Shown here: positions 54,490 through 64,000 of the stretch, piece by piece
Layout of the letters: each line of letters begins with the position of its first letter
Numbering within the stretch: the stretch's first letter is position 1
Origin: Paecilomyces variotii
Lineage: Eukaryota
NCBI GenBank assembly: GCA_004022145.1
Contig: RCNU01000020.1
Reading direction: 5' to 3' (one strand)
Length of the DNA stretch: 64,000 nucleotides
Made by a program: the position numbers and the translations under genes
The notes under the pieces: generated by a model
Told to the model about the DNA's origin: nothing
The model's input: only the letters and a program-made list of their open reading frames with translations
The model's database searches: none

Positions 54490-54762
54490 GTATCGATTCC
54501 CAACGAAGCGTTGCAGAAAGCATGTGTGGACATGGAACATTCATCTGTAAGTGGTATTTTGATATCAGCGGCTAAATTCTGTGTGTCGTCACAGTTGGTG
54601 CAGGAGATCGAGTCGCGGGCGATTGTCTCGCAGCACCAGATTGGGACCGTGAAGACCCAGATTAGCGCAAAATAGTAGGATATTCGTCTCCTAGGACTCA
54701 CATCCAGTGAGCTCGGTACGCTGTTTAAGGATAGGAATGTCTACTAAGGTGTGGGCAAAACG
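54490..54762 (+). pseudogene. Prefoldin subunit 1 (PFD1-like) pseudogene fragment
   Basis: Reads (V)SIPNEALQK|intron|LVQEIESRAIVSQHQIGTVKTQISAK**DIRLLGLTSSELGTLFKDRNVY*GVGK. No ATG, intron donor reads GCATGT, three in-frame stops, and the 3' end is missing. Confidence 0.8.
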
Positions 54763-54993
54763 GCCTCTAGGCTTATGCCAACACTAAGAATTCAAGATGA
54801 TTGGCAGGGTACTAATGTCCTTGGAACCAACTTCTACAAACCTTAAGAAGTAATTACTACTAAGCGGGAAAGGAATTGGTAGCTCTTAGAGGATGATCCA
54901 AGCTAAAAGGCAAAATGTCTTTGCATAACGTTGGAAACTGAAATCAAAAGAGGTACACATATATCATTGAGTGATGCGAAACAATGTCAACCG

Positions 54994-56445
54994 TCAATCG
55001 TCCTCCTCATCCGACGAAAATTCAATACTTCTCCAGGTCAGCTTAGATTCATCCCCCTCACTCCACCAACCCAAGAATCCTTTCCTGTAGAGCCGTCTCC
55101 GCTGAGCCCATGATCTCTCCATCTCCTCCTCTCGAGCATGCTCTTCATCCTCGTCGTCAGGGTCGTCAGGAAATTGCCACTCAGGGCTCTCAAAGAATCT
55201 CCATCGTACCAGTCGCGACTGATCCCACATCACGTATCCTCTCCTCCGAAGGTCCCGCATATACCAACAGCCCACAAAATTCGATCGTGTCAATTTCAAA
55301 TGTGTCCATTTCCATGCTTGTGCTGGGCCGGGATCGGGATCTTTCACGAAGGAACTACCAAGAACAGCTTCCAGGTTCTCGCCGTCGTAACGCTCCAGCG
55401 GGACTTGGTCATCCTCCAAATTTAGAGATCTGACTATGGTTGAAAGGGTCATACCCGCATAATCAAAATTCGGATTTAGAATTCGATAACGATCGTCATA
55501 ACCCTTGGCCGTGATGACCTTCCGAAGGAAATTTAAACCGCGAAACATCTGTGCGGACAGTGTGAGAATGTATGAAAGGTCATTCGAGCGTCACCACGGG
55601 AATGCTCACATAATAATCCTTCGCGACGTTCATACCGTCGCCCTCCCATACTTCGGTATCATCGTACCTGACACTCCATACACCCCACTGCACGTCATGA
55701 GCGGCAACTTCATTGAAAGCTATGATTATCTCAACAATCAGCGGACAGAAGACTTCTAAAACATTGGCAGATACTTACGTATGGACAATTCTCGGTAAAG
55801 ATACTCATGGACAGTATACATCTGTTCCAGCTCCCACGGAGCGAGCTTCTGGAAGAAGATATCCCATTGCTCTTCCGGACTAAAGTCAGTAGTTTCTTTG
55901 GGCTTTCGTTCGTGGTCCTGGTTCCGTGTCTGAAACAGCCATGTCCAGAGCTCGAATCGATAGAAACTGCTGATGAGCCGACGTTTTTCATTGTCTGATA
56001 GGGGCAGACCAGTGGGGTCTTCAGAGACTCCACTCAGTGGGTTTTCGGACAGTGCAGCGGTTGCAAAGTCCGCAACGAAAGCCTCGATAACCCGATGAAG
56101 CCTTTGCATGCAAATCGCATCTTTAACGGTATATTCGAAGTTTGAAGGGATCCTGCGGTTCAAATAGCAGTGGAGGATTCCTAAGACCTTCCCTCGTGTC
56201 CATGGTTCGATCTGTGAGGACTTGAGGACCGCGATAACCTCTGGAAGTAGATCAAAAGAGACGATATTCGATACTATGCTTTTAATGATTGCGTTCTTTT
56301 GGTCAAGAAAAGCATTGTATAGGGAGGAATGTGAGCGAATGGCAGTTTGAAGTGTTGTAATGTCAGGCAGCAATCGCAATATCAACTGCCTACACTCAAT
56401 AGGCAAAGAGGTGAGAGATGCTGCAGGTCGTTGTTGCAAGTCCAT
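54994..56445 (-). CDS. Hypothetical protein with an F-box-like N-terminus (three exons)
   Basis: Exons 56445-55779, 55719-55610 and 55548-54994 splice in frame. N-terminal LTSLPIECRQLILRLLPD; blocks EKRRLISSFYRFELW, APWELEQM and LRRRGYVMWD. Confidence 0.7.
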
Positions 56446-56756
56446 CACAGGTTTTGTCCCTGCAGAAGAAACTAAAAAGTCTTCAATTTGCTGTGCTATG
56501 AACCGCTACTTGCAGTATGAACGGCCCTTTAATTAGTCTTGCAAAGGACATCAGCGAAGTTAGAACTACCTTTCGATTACTTGCAAGAAAAAAAGCGAGT
56601 CATAAAGTGTTGCGATACTTCTCGCTGGCAGCTCAAGGGTGTTTTGTTAACAGCCGTCAGCCGCATTTCACTGATACTGGACCTAACTAGTAATCACTCG
56701 GTGCATGGTCTTACTTAGTGCACGGTTTTTGCTGCGGAATCTAAAACTTCAGGATA

Positions 56757-56790
56757 CATATATATATATATATATATAGGTATATATATA
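56757..56790. repeat. (TA)n microsatellite
   Basis: Directly visible, in the divergent region between the F-box-like gene and the transcription factor. Confidence 0.9.
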
Positions 56791-56983
56791 ATATATTGAT
56801 AATGATTTGATTAGATTGTTGTTAAGACATTCGTGTTTTAAAGGTTTAAATTCCTTAGCAAAAACTGTAGGTCCAGTAAGTAAGTAAGCGCTAACTACTC
56901 CCGAAGGCATTTTGCCCCTCGGGGTATAACTACGCACTGAGTCCCCGAGCTTAATCCCGCAGTTATCTGCCCTCTCAACATTC

Positions 56984-58837
56984 ATGGTGACCATGACAAC
57001 GAAATCTAAAGCTAATGGGCTTGCTGCACTGGCGTGCACAGAGTGTCGAAAACAGCATCTCAAATGCGATGCTCGCAATCCGACCTGCTCACGTTGTCTG
57101 CAGAACGGCTATATCTGCCAATATCTTCCCTCGCGACGAGGCGGCCGCAGGAAAGCCCGACAGACTACTTCCAGCCTTCCCAATCAATTGAACGCCAACA
57201 CCGATCATGATCTCAGCTCAAGGTCAATGAAACAACGAGAAAGAGGACTCCAGAAGGATCTTGGTTTACCTGTTCCTCTGCCTGAGCAGCCTGATAGCAC
57301 ACCACTGCGTCACGCGCCACCTCCCACCAGTTTTTCTGCTGGCCAGGTCTCATGGCCCGGGGTCCCTTCTAGGGACGACATAAACGAAGAGCAACCAGAC
57401 CAGATTCGGGAATTGAACCCACACGATGAGCGCTTCGTTCGTCTCTATTATGAGAACTTTCATGTCGCTCATCCCATCTTGGTCCCCAGCACCACGTATC
57501 ATGACCGACAGTACCCCGAATTCCTCCAATTAGTGGTGAACTTTATTGGATCTCACTATGTCCCGTCCAGCCCTATCCTGCAGTACAGAGAGAAAGTGCT
57601 CACAGAACTGACCTGCAACCCAGACCGATCGCCATGCATGGTTCAGGCTTGGTTGATCTACTCAATCGCTACCTACGCCCGTGGGGAGTGGCCGGGCGCG
57701 CAAGATGCCCTCTCACATAGCGTTGAGATCGCTTTGGAGCTTGGCCTGAATCACAAGGAGTTCGCCATGTCGACGCAGCCGGAGAACAGTATCGAAGCAG
57801 AAAGTCTGCGAAGGACATGGTGGGAGTTGTATATTACTGATATCTTCATGACAGCTTCGTCCAAAGGGAATAGCTTTTTCTGCGGAACAATGGCTTCGGA
57901 AATTGCATTGCCCTGCGAAGAGTCCGCATACACCGGGGTTTGTGACATCCCAGCACCCCAGACAATGCTTGACTTTAAACGCAGAATCTTCGCACCTGAA
58001 GAGACCGTCTTCTCCTCCTTCAGCTACCGTATTGAGGCTGCCACAATATTGAGCCGAGTCCTTGTCTTGAATCGGCTGCAAGACTACCATCGGGATCATC
58101 TGCAAGCTGTCGAAAATGCGCTTGTGAGTTGGGTCAACCACCTGCCCGCTAGAAAATTGGACATTGTCGATTCATACGGAAATATCGATCAAATGATGTT
58201 CCAAGCTCATATGACGATCGCATACGCTAGTATGCTATTGCATCTCCCACGAAGTGACCTTCAACGTGTGTTGCCACAAGCGGACGAACGATTCTGGCCT
58301 GTTACCGCGCGCAACCTATCATCAACGTTCACCCGCCCAATCCACAGCATCAAGGCCATTGAGGCTTCGCGACGGATTTCAGACGCCGTTTCGATCTGTC
58401 CGAATGTCCCCAAACATACTCCTTTCGTAATTCCCGCATTAGTGCTATGTGGGATGATCCAGCTAGCCACATCCATCAAGCATACGGAAGAGTGTTTTGA
58501 TCACCACTATAATCGAGTCATTCTAATTCTTGGATGCTTGAAAAGTACGAAACGAATATGGAGTCTAGCTGATGCTGCCTACGATCGCTTGCGGACTTCT
58601 GCAGCAGAAGCCCTGTCGGATTCCATGGAGAGATGGAGTACAGAACCACTGAGGAATCTCATGCCAACGTCGTCGACTTCCAGGGATGAAGGACAGACGA
58701 ATAGGGCCGCACGCCCAGCGACAGCACTCTCAGAGGGACAAGATATATCATTTCCGCAAGTTGTGCCCGCCTTTATTGACCCAACTTGCTATAATGATTC
58801 GTTCTTTACCCCTATTCCGGACTTTGATATAAATTGA
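56984..58837 (+). CDS. Zn(II)2Cys6 transcription factor with a fungal-specific middle homology domain
   Basis: ACTECRKQHLKCDARNPTCSRCLQNGYICQY (six Cys) followed by PSRRGG. Middle region YYENFHVAHPIL..ALELGL..ESLRRTWWELY. Confidence 0.93.
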   Translation: MVTMTTKSKANGLAALACTECRKQHLKCDARNPTCSRCLQNGYICQYLPSRRGGRRKARQTTSSLPNQLNANTDHDLSSRSMKQRERGLQKDLGLPVPLPEQPDSTPLRHAPPPTSFSAGQVSWPGVPSRDDINEEQPDQIRELNPHDERFVRLYYENFHVAHPILVPSTTYHDRQYPEFLQLVVNFIGSHYVPSSPILQYREKVLTELTCNPDRSPCMVQAWLIYSIATYARGEWPGAQDALSHSVEIALELGLNHKEFAMSTQPENSIEAESLRRTWWELYITDIFMTASSKGNSFFCGTMASEIALPCEESAYTGVCDIPAPQTMLDFKRRIFAPEETVFSSFSYRIEAATILSRVLVLNRLQDYHRDHLQAVENALVSWVNHLPARKLDIVDSYGNIDQMMFQAHMTIAYASMLLHLPRSDLQRVLPQADERFWPVTARNLSSTFTRPIHSIKAIEASRRISDAVSICPNVPKHTPFVIPALVLCGMIQLATSIKHTEECFDHHYNRVILILGCLKSTKRIWSLADAAYDRLRTSAAEALSDSMERWSTEPLRNLMPTSSTSRDEGQTNRAARPATALSEGQDISFPQVVPAFIDPTCYNDSFFTPIPDFDIN

Positions 58838-58989
58838 ATCAACGATTTTCTGGATATCAGTAGGCATAGTGAGAAATAATTTATGCACATTATACAAAGA
58901 GCTCATTCCTTTTTTGTCTATTTCCAGCGAGCTGGACGTTGAGATCCTTACCATAATGGGCGTTCCGCTCGTGTTGGGGGTTTCTAGCA

Positions 58990-59110
58990 TTCGGCGAACC
59001 AAACAAAGGCGAGGGTAGTTGATCGCCGATTGAGCACCGAACGTCGAAACTCCATCGGCGATGGACGCGCAACCCATGATCTGAGGACGTGGTATCATCT
59101 TATATAAAAT
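58990..59110 (+). promoter_or_regulatory. Cysteine dioxygenase promoter: three TCGGCGA/TCGCCGA motifs plus a TATA box
   Basis: TTCGGCGAA (58990-58998), ATCGCCGAT (59022-59030) and TCCATCGGCGATGGA (59051-59065, an inverted repeat), then TATATAAAA at 59101. Confidence 0.5.
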
Positions 59111-59196
59111 GCGTTCATCTCTATCTCTCAGCAGTGTATCCTGCCTAAATTATTAGCTCAAGTAATAGCCCGTTACGTCAATTATTACCACGAAAA

Positions 59197-59973
59197 ATGT
59201 CGACCTCCGTCCTGTCCACGAGCTCCGCCACGGCTGCTACAAACAAGGACCTGTACTCTCCTTGTTATTCGCCCCCGGAACGATACAGTCTCCAGGGCCT
59301 TATACGAGACGTCAAGCAGCATCTAGGAGAATCCGGTGGCATCTCTTCTGAAGATGTCGATTCTCAATACTTGATATCCCTGGCACAGAAGTACATTTCA
59401 GATCCAAGTGATTGGATCAGTTACTTCTACAACGACCGCAGCAAGAACTACACACGCAACGCTATTGAGAATATCAACCACAAGGCTAATATTGTGAGTC
59501 GACCCTAACATCCTCTCCTTCTATATACCTAATCAGAACTGAACTGACCTCGTCCTCGTAGCTTCTTCTTGTATGGAATCCCGGAAAGGGCTCCCCTATC
59601 CACGACCACGCAGACGCGCACTGCATCATGAAGGTCCTGAGTGGAGAATTGCATGAAACCGTTTACGAAACTCCCGATAATGAACCTGGTCATACGAAGC
59701 CACTGACCGTCAAATCATCGACTACCTACGGAGCGAATGAAGTGACATATATCTCGGATAAGATCGGTCTCCATCGAGTACACAATCCCAGCAGCTCCCA
59801 GGTGGCGGTCTCTTTACACTGTAAGTCCCCAGAATGCGAATATTAACGCGAAAGCAATCTGACAATTGTTCTTTTCAGTGTACACCCCGCCTAACGCTGC
59901 TGACTACGGCTACAATATCTTTGACGAAGCCACGGGTCGCGCAAGCCACGTCTCTCAAGCTCGCACCTCTTAG
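59197..59973 (+). CDS. cdo1: Cysteine dioxygenase type I
   Basis: Exons 59197-59493, 59562-59820 and 59879-59973. Motifs NYTRN, LLLVWNPGKGSPIHDHADAHC (His ligands and cross-link Cys), GLHRV and SLHLYTPP (cross-link Tyr). Confidence 0.95.
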
Positions 59974-60329
59974 ATGACCATGGGGAGAGGACGAGATTTC
60001 TATATACCCAGTCAAAGACTTCAGCGAAACTAATGCGGTCTGGAGACCATCTCGGTGAAATCATGCATTTACGACATTTGATATCTTATCCTGTTATCGA
60101 ATCTGTACTTTTCAGCGATGTTATTTCTACATTTAAGATTGTAATTAGATTTCTAGTAGCTGTGTTTTATATATAATCTCAACTTTCAAAGCAATAGTAA
60201 TAGTTTAGACGTCTGCAAGGATTAGATCTTGATATTCAAGCAGCCGTGAAACTGAGACAGTGAAATATTGCAGAAGTTTACGATCGCGTCCTTGTAAGTT
60301 CTAGAGAGTAAATTGTCCATAACTACTAT

Positions 60330-61382
60330 AGGTGATGACGTACCGCATGTATACTTGCCAATTGGAAAGTAGACTCAACATTCCATGTGTAAGGAGTTTT
60401 ATGTGCAACTGGCTGTCGTCCATCCTTGTCTCAAGATGAAATGCATTCAAGGGTGGCTGTATTCGCGCGATAACATTGGGCAGTTCAGAATTGCGGTCTG
60501 CACCTGCGACCACTCTACCCGATCGCCGATCTCCCTGCATCGACAATCCTTGAGTCGCCGATTGCTAGTTACAGTAGCTAAATGTCGGTGTCAACATTTC
60601 AAAAACGGGATCTTGCGTGTTCGATATCAGGTTTGCATCAAGACGTGGCTGATACTTTACTTCCGCGAAGTAGGCCCCTGATGAATCCAGGGAGTTGTAA
60701 GATTTGGACGTGGCATTTCTCGTCTTGCGTATATTAGAAGAGGTCATTCGGATATAGTTATTCAATGTTGAGGTTTGCCTTCTCTCCTATGCTATATCGA
60801 AGGCTCAACGCGCTCTCGAGGGCTGCTGACGAAACAGAAGCGGTGAAAGATAGCGAATTATATCTAGAGACGATTACTAGTAACTTCAAGTGTTGTCGTC
60901 TGATTCCCACGAAGGACGCGGTCAGGGCCAATCCGCGAGAGACGACGAACCGATTAAACGCTCGCCATCAGTATCAAAAATACCCTGTCCCTAATAGTGG
61001 CTTGAACGGTTCAAGGGGGTGACCAATGCCGTAGTTCCTACCTAAAATTAATTGATACCAATAGGATTGTTTTGATATTTTCGGCTCCACGGTCAAAATT
61101 GCACGACACCGCAACTTCGTCAGTGTAAATGTGTTCCCGTAGATACGAAAAAGCTCGCAACCCCCTTGTCGGAGAGCGCGGATGATCCATAGTAATGTAT
61201 TTATCGAGTGCCAAAAAAGGATCTTCGTTCACGGATCTTGCCACTGGTTGGAAACCATGGCGAGGTGCGAATTGACGCCGGATAAAGAAACGCCTGACGA
61301 CGATAAATGCGATAGCGATCAGCGTGGAAGCCAGCACCAATGCAAGCCGTGGATGGAAATCAGGAACTATATCCACAGCCAA
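60330..61382 (-). pseudogene. Cytochrome P450 (CYP52-like) pseudogene
   Basis: N-terminal membrane anchor plus 'RRQFAPRHGFQPV..DPFLALD', then frameshifted ENIKTIL..NYGIGHPLEPFKPLLG..DTDGE. Downstream sequence is decayed with many stops; the 3' limit is approximate. Confidence 0.65.
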
Positions 61383-63537
61383 GTCATCAGTAGAATAACT
61401 AAACAGTAAGATGAGAGGATGAAACGATCAGATTGGAAGACGGATGGCTAATGTTAACTACCATACATAGTTATGGTACCTAAGGCTTAGTCAAAGAGAA
61501 GTATCTCGCCTTCAACAATCTTAACGGACCATTGGATTATTCCCAGTATCACAGACAGTGGGATTCAGCAGTTCGATTGGCACAGTGGATCTACCTAAAC
61601 TGCCACAGGCTGCCCGAACCTTGATTTTCCCATGGTTACCTCGCCCTGCTACGGTTGATCTTAGTTGATACTGTACAACATAACAAGCATTGGTGATCTG
61701 TACCGAGCGGTAATATCTATTCGTCGGGAGCTGACGTTATCATGTTCATCTTGACCATAGGCAACTGAATATCAGAGACGAACCCCTTCGGAGAGACTTC
61801 TGGGCTACTTACACCTGAATATAAGAGGATTAGCTCAACCGTGGTCCTTCACCAACACGGCTGTAGGCTTGGCCAAGAAAAACCTACTTTCGCAACATGG
61901 TTGTCAGTTTAATTGAAAGTACTGACATTATTGATAAGAGCTATGGGACGGAGAAAGGCTATGTTTTTCCAGGGATCGAATGGTACATACAACTTCTCTG
62001 ATGCAGTAGTTACTGCGTATTCCAGTATTGGATAAGCCAAATAGGGTCTACAACGGGAGCCTTCCAATGCCAAAATCACTACAGTGGCTATGTTCGGCTA
62101 TAAACTAAGGAGCAGCCACCTGCGATCAGGGATAGCTCTGAAGGAGCTCTAGACCGGAGAAGCATAGTGAAGGGAAAAGATATCGACTAAAGGAGACTTC
62201 ATGAAAACAGTCAAAATGCGTACGCAGATAGGGCACGACCCGGTGCAAAGGATACTACCATATGTACTGGAATACATACCAAGGTTGCCTTCTCGAATAT
62301 CCTTACCCTCAGAAGAAACATTTACGCTACAGTGACCTCACCTCTACTAGTTAACTAGGCTGAAAAAGTATCTAGCTACATATGGTACTTGGGCGCCTAC
62401 AAATGGTTACCTGATCAACAAGAAAGTAAGTATGAATGCGATAGAGTGATGTCACATGAAATTTCCTTTCACTTAATGTAATACTTTCTAAATCCATCAA
62501 CGGCCATGCCAACATGGGTGACAATGATATCTGATAGAATCGGGGGCCATAATGCAACATTCTAGCAATTTATCAGTTTCCTGAAACAGGATATACGGCC
62601 CTCACATCTATACGAAATCTTCGAGAATTGAAAAGTTCGGCAATACAACCATCCCGCTTATTTTCGTTTATTCTCGATTTTGAGACATAAGAATGGGCAT
62701 CTCGGACCGTCTCGGGGTGGGGGAAGATCCACCGCAAACGATATTTAATACTTAATACCCGGCAAACCGGGCACGAACAACGCCAGACCCACACAGAGAT
62801 CTACCATACTTAATCTGAGTACAGCAGGGATCAGAGGAAATACATCCCAATGAGAATCGCGATGCGGCTCAGATCTCGGTTGTTCATACTCCAGCTTCCG
62901 CAGTGTCCTTGCTCCTGGAGGTTCTCATATGAAATAGGTATACAAGGTGGGAATGACTGGAGAATGCTGTGTTGATTCGTCTCCAATCAGCATGCCATAT
63001 TTACTGCATATCCATCCTTGAGAGCTTTTATAATGATATGAATCTACAGTGACAAAGACCCACTCAAGCTCCTGAGCTGCGAAAGCAGTATCGATATCCC
63101 CGAAGCTATCAAAGCCACGTACGTAAACCCTTCCCCAGATCTAAGATGTATTAACCAGCCCCACTGGTTCATCCAAGCTTTCAACCTTGATGTGACGAAC
63201 GATAAACACTGAACACGCGAGATCATTAACCCATTAAAGTATAGAGAAGACCCAGTATTTGGAATATCTTTTGCTCTTATGATCAAATCAGGAATGCATG
63301 ACATCGGTAGTCTCTGCGTCACAGGTTAGCTGGTGAGAAGCTACCTGTGACATGAATTCTAGACCTCAGTTCAGCTCTTGAAGAAACGATCCATTGCCAC
63401 ATATAAGTACATCCTTCACAGCTCATGCATGATTGATCTTCTTGGTTTCGAAAATCAAACGTTCCCGGTCTTTCGTTGTCCTATCTTCCTCCGTCTGAAG
63501 TATACTTACGGAAACGTCGATTTTTCAACTCATCAAA

Positions 63538-64000
63538 ATGGTTTCCGTCCGACAGCTTCTCCAGGGAGCCATGACACTTGGCCTCGCGGGCTCGTGTCTT
63601 GGTGCCTCTCTCTATGACCAGCCTATCCTGAAGTCGAACAGCCATACTTCCAGCAGGCATTCAATTTCGTCCAATTCGGATGACCCAGCGTGTAGCGACG
63701 TATTCCACGCGACGATGCACGTTGCTCAGAATGCCACCGCTGGAGATAAGTCTCTTCCAGTTGTGCATCGAAGTGGCCGCCTGTACGCCATGAAGGACAA
63801 AGACCCTACGCAGTGGACGTTCGAGAGAAAGGACGACGGTTATATCATCTACAACGTGCACCCGTCCGGTACCAAGCACTACTGGAGCTTCAGTTACGAC
63901 AACACCATCGGCATAACCAACTATGAGTATGAGGCCAAGAAGGCCTACATAGTCCGGGGCGACGAGGAAGACTCCCCTTTTGGAAAAATCACCATTTCCT
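63538..64000 (+). CDS. Putative secreted hypothetical protein, 3' end lies beyond the window
   Basis: Open frame from ATG 63538 to the window end, absent from the ORF track because it has no stop. Begins MVSVRQLLQGAMTLGLAGSCLGASLY, which resembles a signal peptide. Confidence 0.6.
   Translation, partial: MVSVRQLLQGAMTLGLAGSCLGASLYDQPILKSNSHTSSRHSISSNSDDPACSDVFHATMHVAQNATAGDKSLPVVHRSGRLYAMKDKDPTQWTFERKDDGYIIYNVHPSGTKHYWSFSYDNTIGITNYEYEAKKAYIVRGDEEDSPFGKITIS

Noticed and set aside
61450-63500. Scattered 60-90 aa ORFs
   Set aside because: No motifs or splice-consistent gene model; treated as intergenic or decayed sequence.

Overview
Intron-containing fungal genomic DNA from a filamentous ascomycete (gene content and intron signals are Eurotiomycete/Aspergillus-like). 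Bases 1-12.5 kb are a compact block of conserved genes: CobW/ZNG1-type GTPase, HAUS6/augmin, HD-domain nucleotidase, FHIT-type HIT hydrolase, Rad4/XPC, SAM methyltransferase, a hypothetical protein and a CoA-binding protein. From about 12.6 kb the window looks accessory and less gene-dense. It holds a head-to-head pair of GH13 alpha-glucosidases, a decayed FAD monooxygenase, an aldehyde reductase, an AidB-like acyl-CoA dehydrogenase ending in SKL and a secreted phospholipase C. A three-layer nested, RIP-mutated transposon follows (solo LTR inside a Fot1/pogo element inside a Tc1/IS630-type remnant), then a siderophore transporter with an upstream SreA-type box, adjacent carboxymuconate cyclase and EthD-like/alpha-beta hydrolase genes (protocatechuate pathway), an STL1-like transporter and a D-lactate dehydrogenase. 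The last part has a full-length but apparently divergent cytosolic-type glutamyl-tRNA synthetase, a prefoldin-1 pseudogene, an F-box-like gene, a Zn2Cys6 regulator beside cysteine dioxygenase, a P450 pseudogene and a secreted ORF running off the end. The leads most worth following are the probable second-copy GluRS near the regulator/cysteine dioxygenase pair, and a mitochondrial-presequence-like extension on one alpha-glucosidase. All family calls come from motif recognition by eye and exon boundaries were read manually; no database searches were run.
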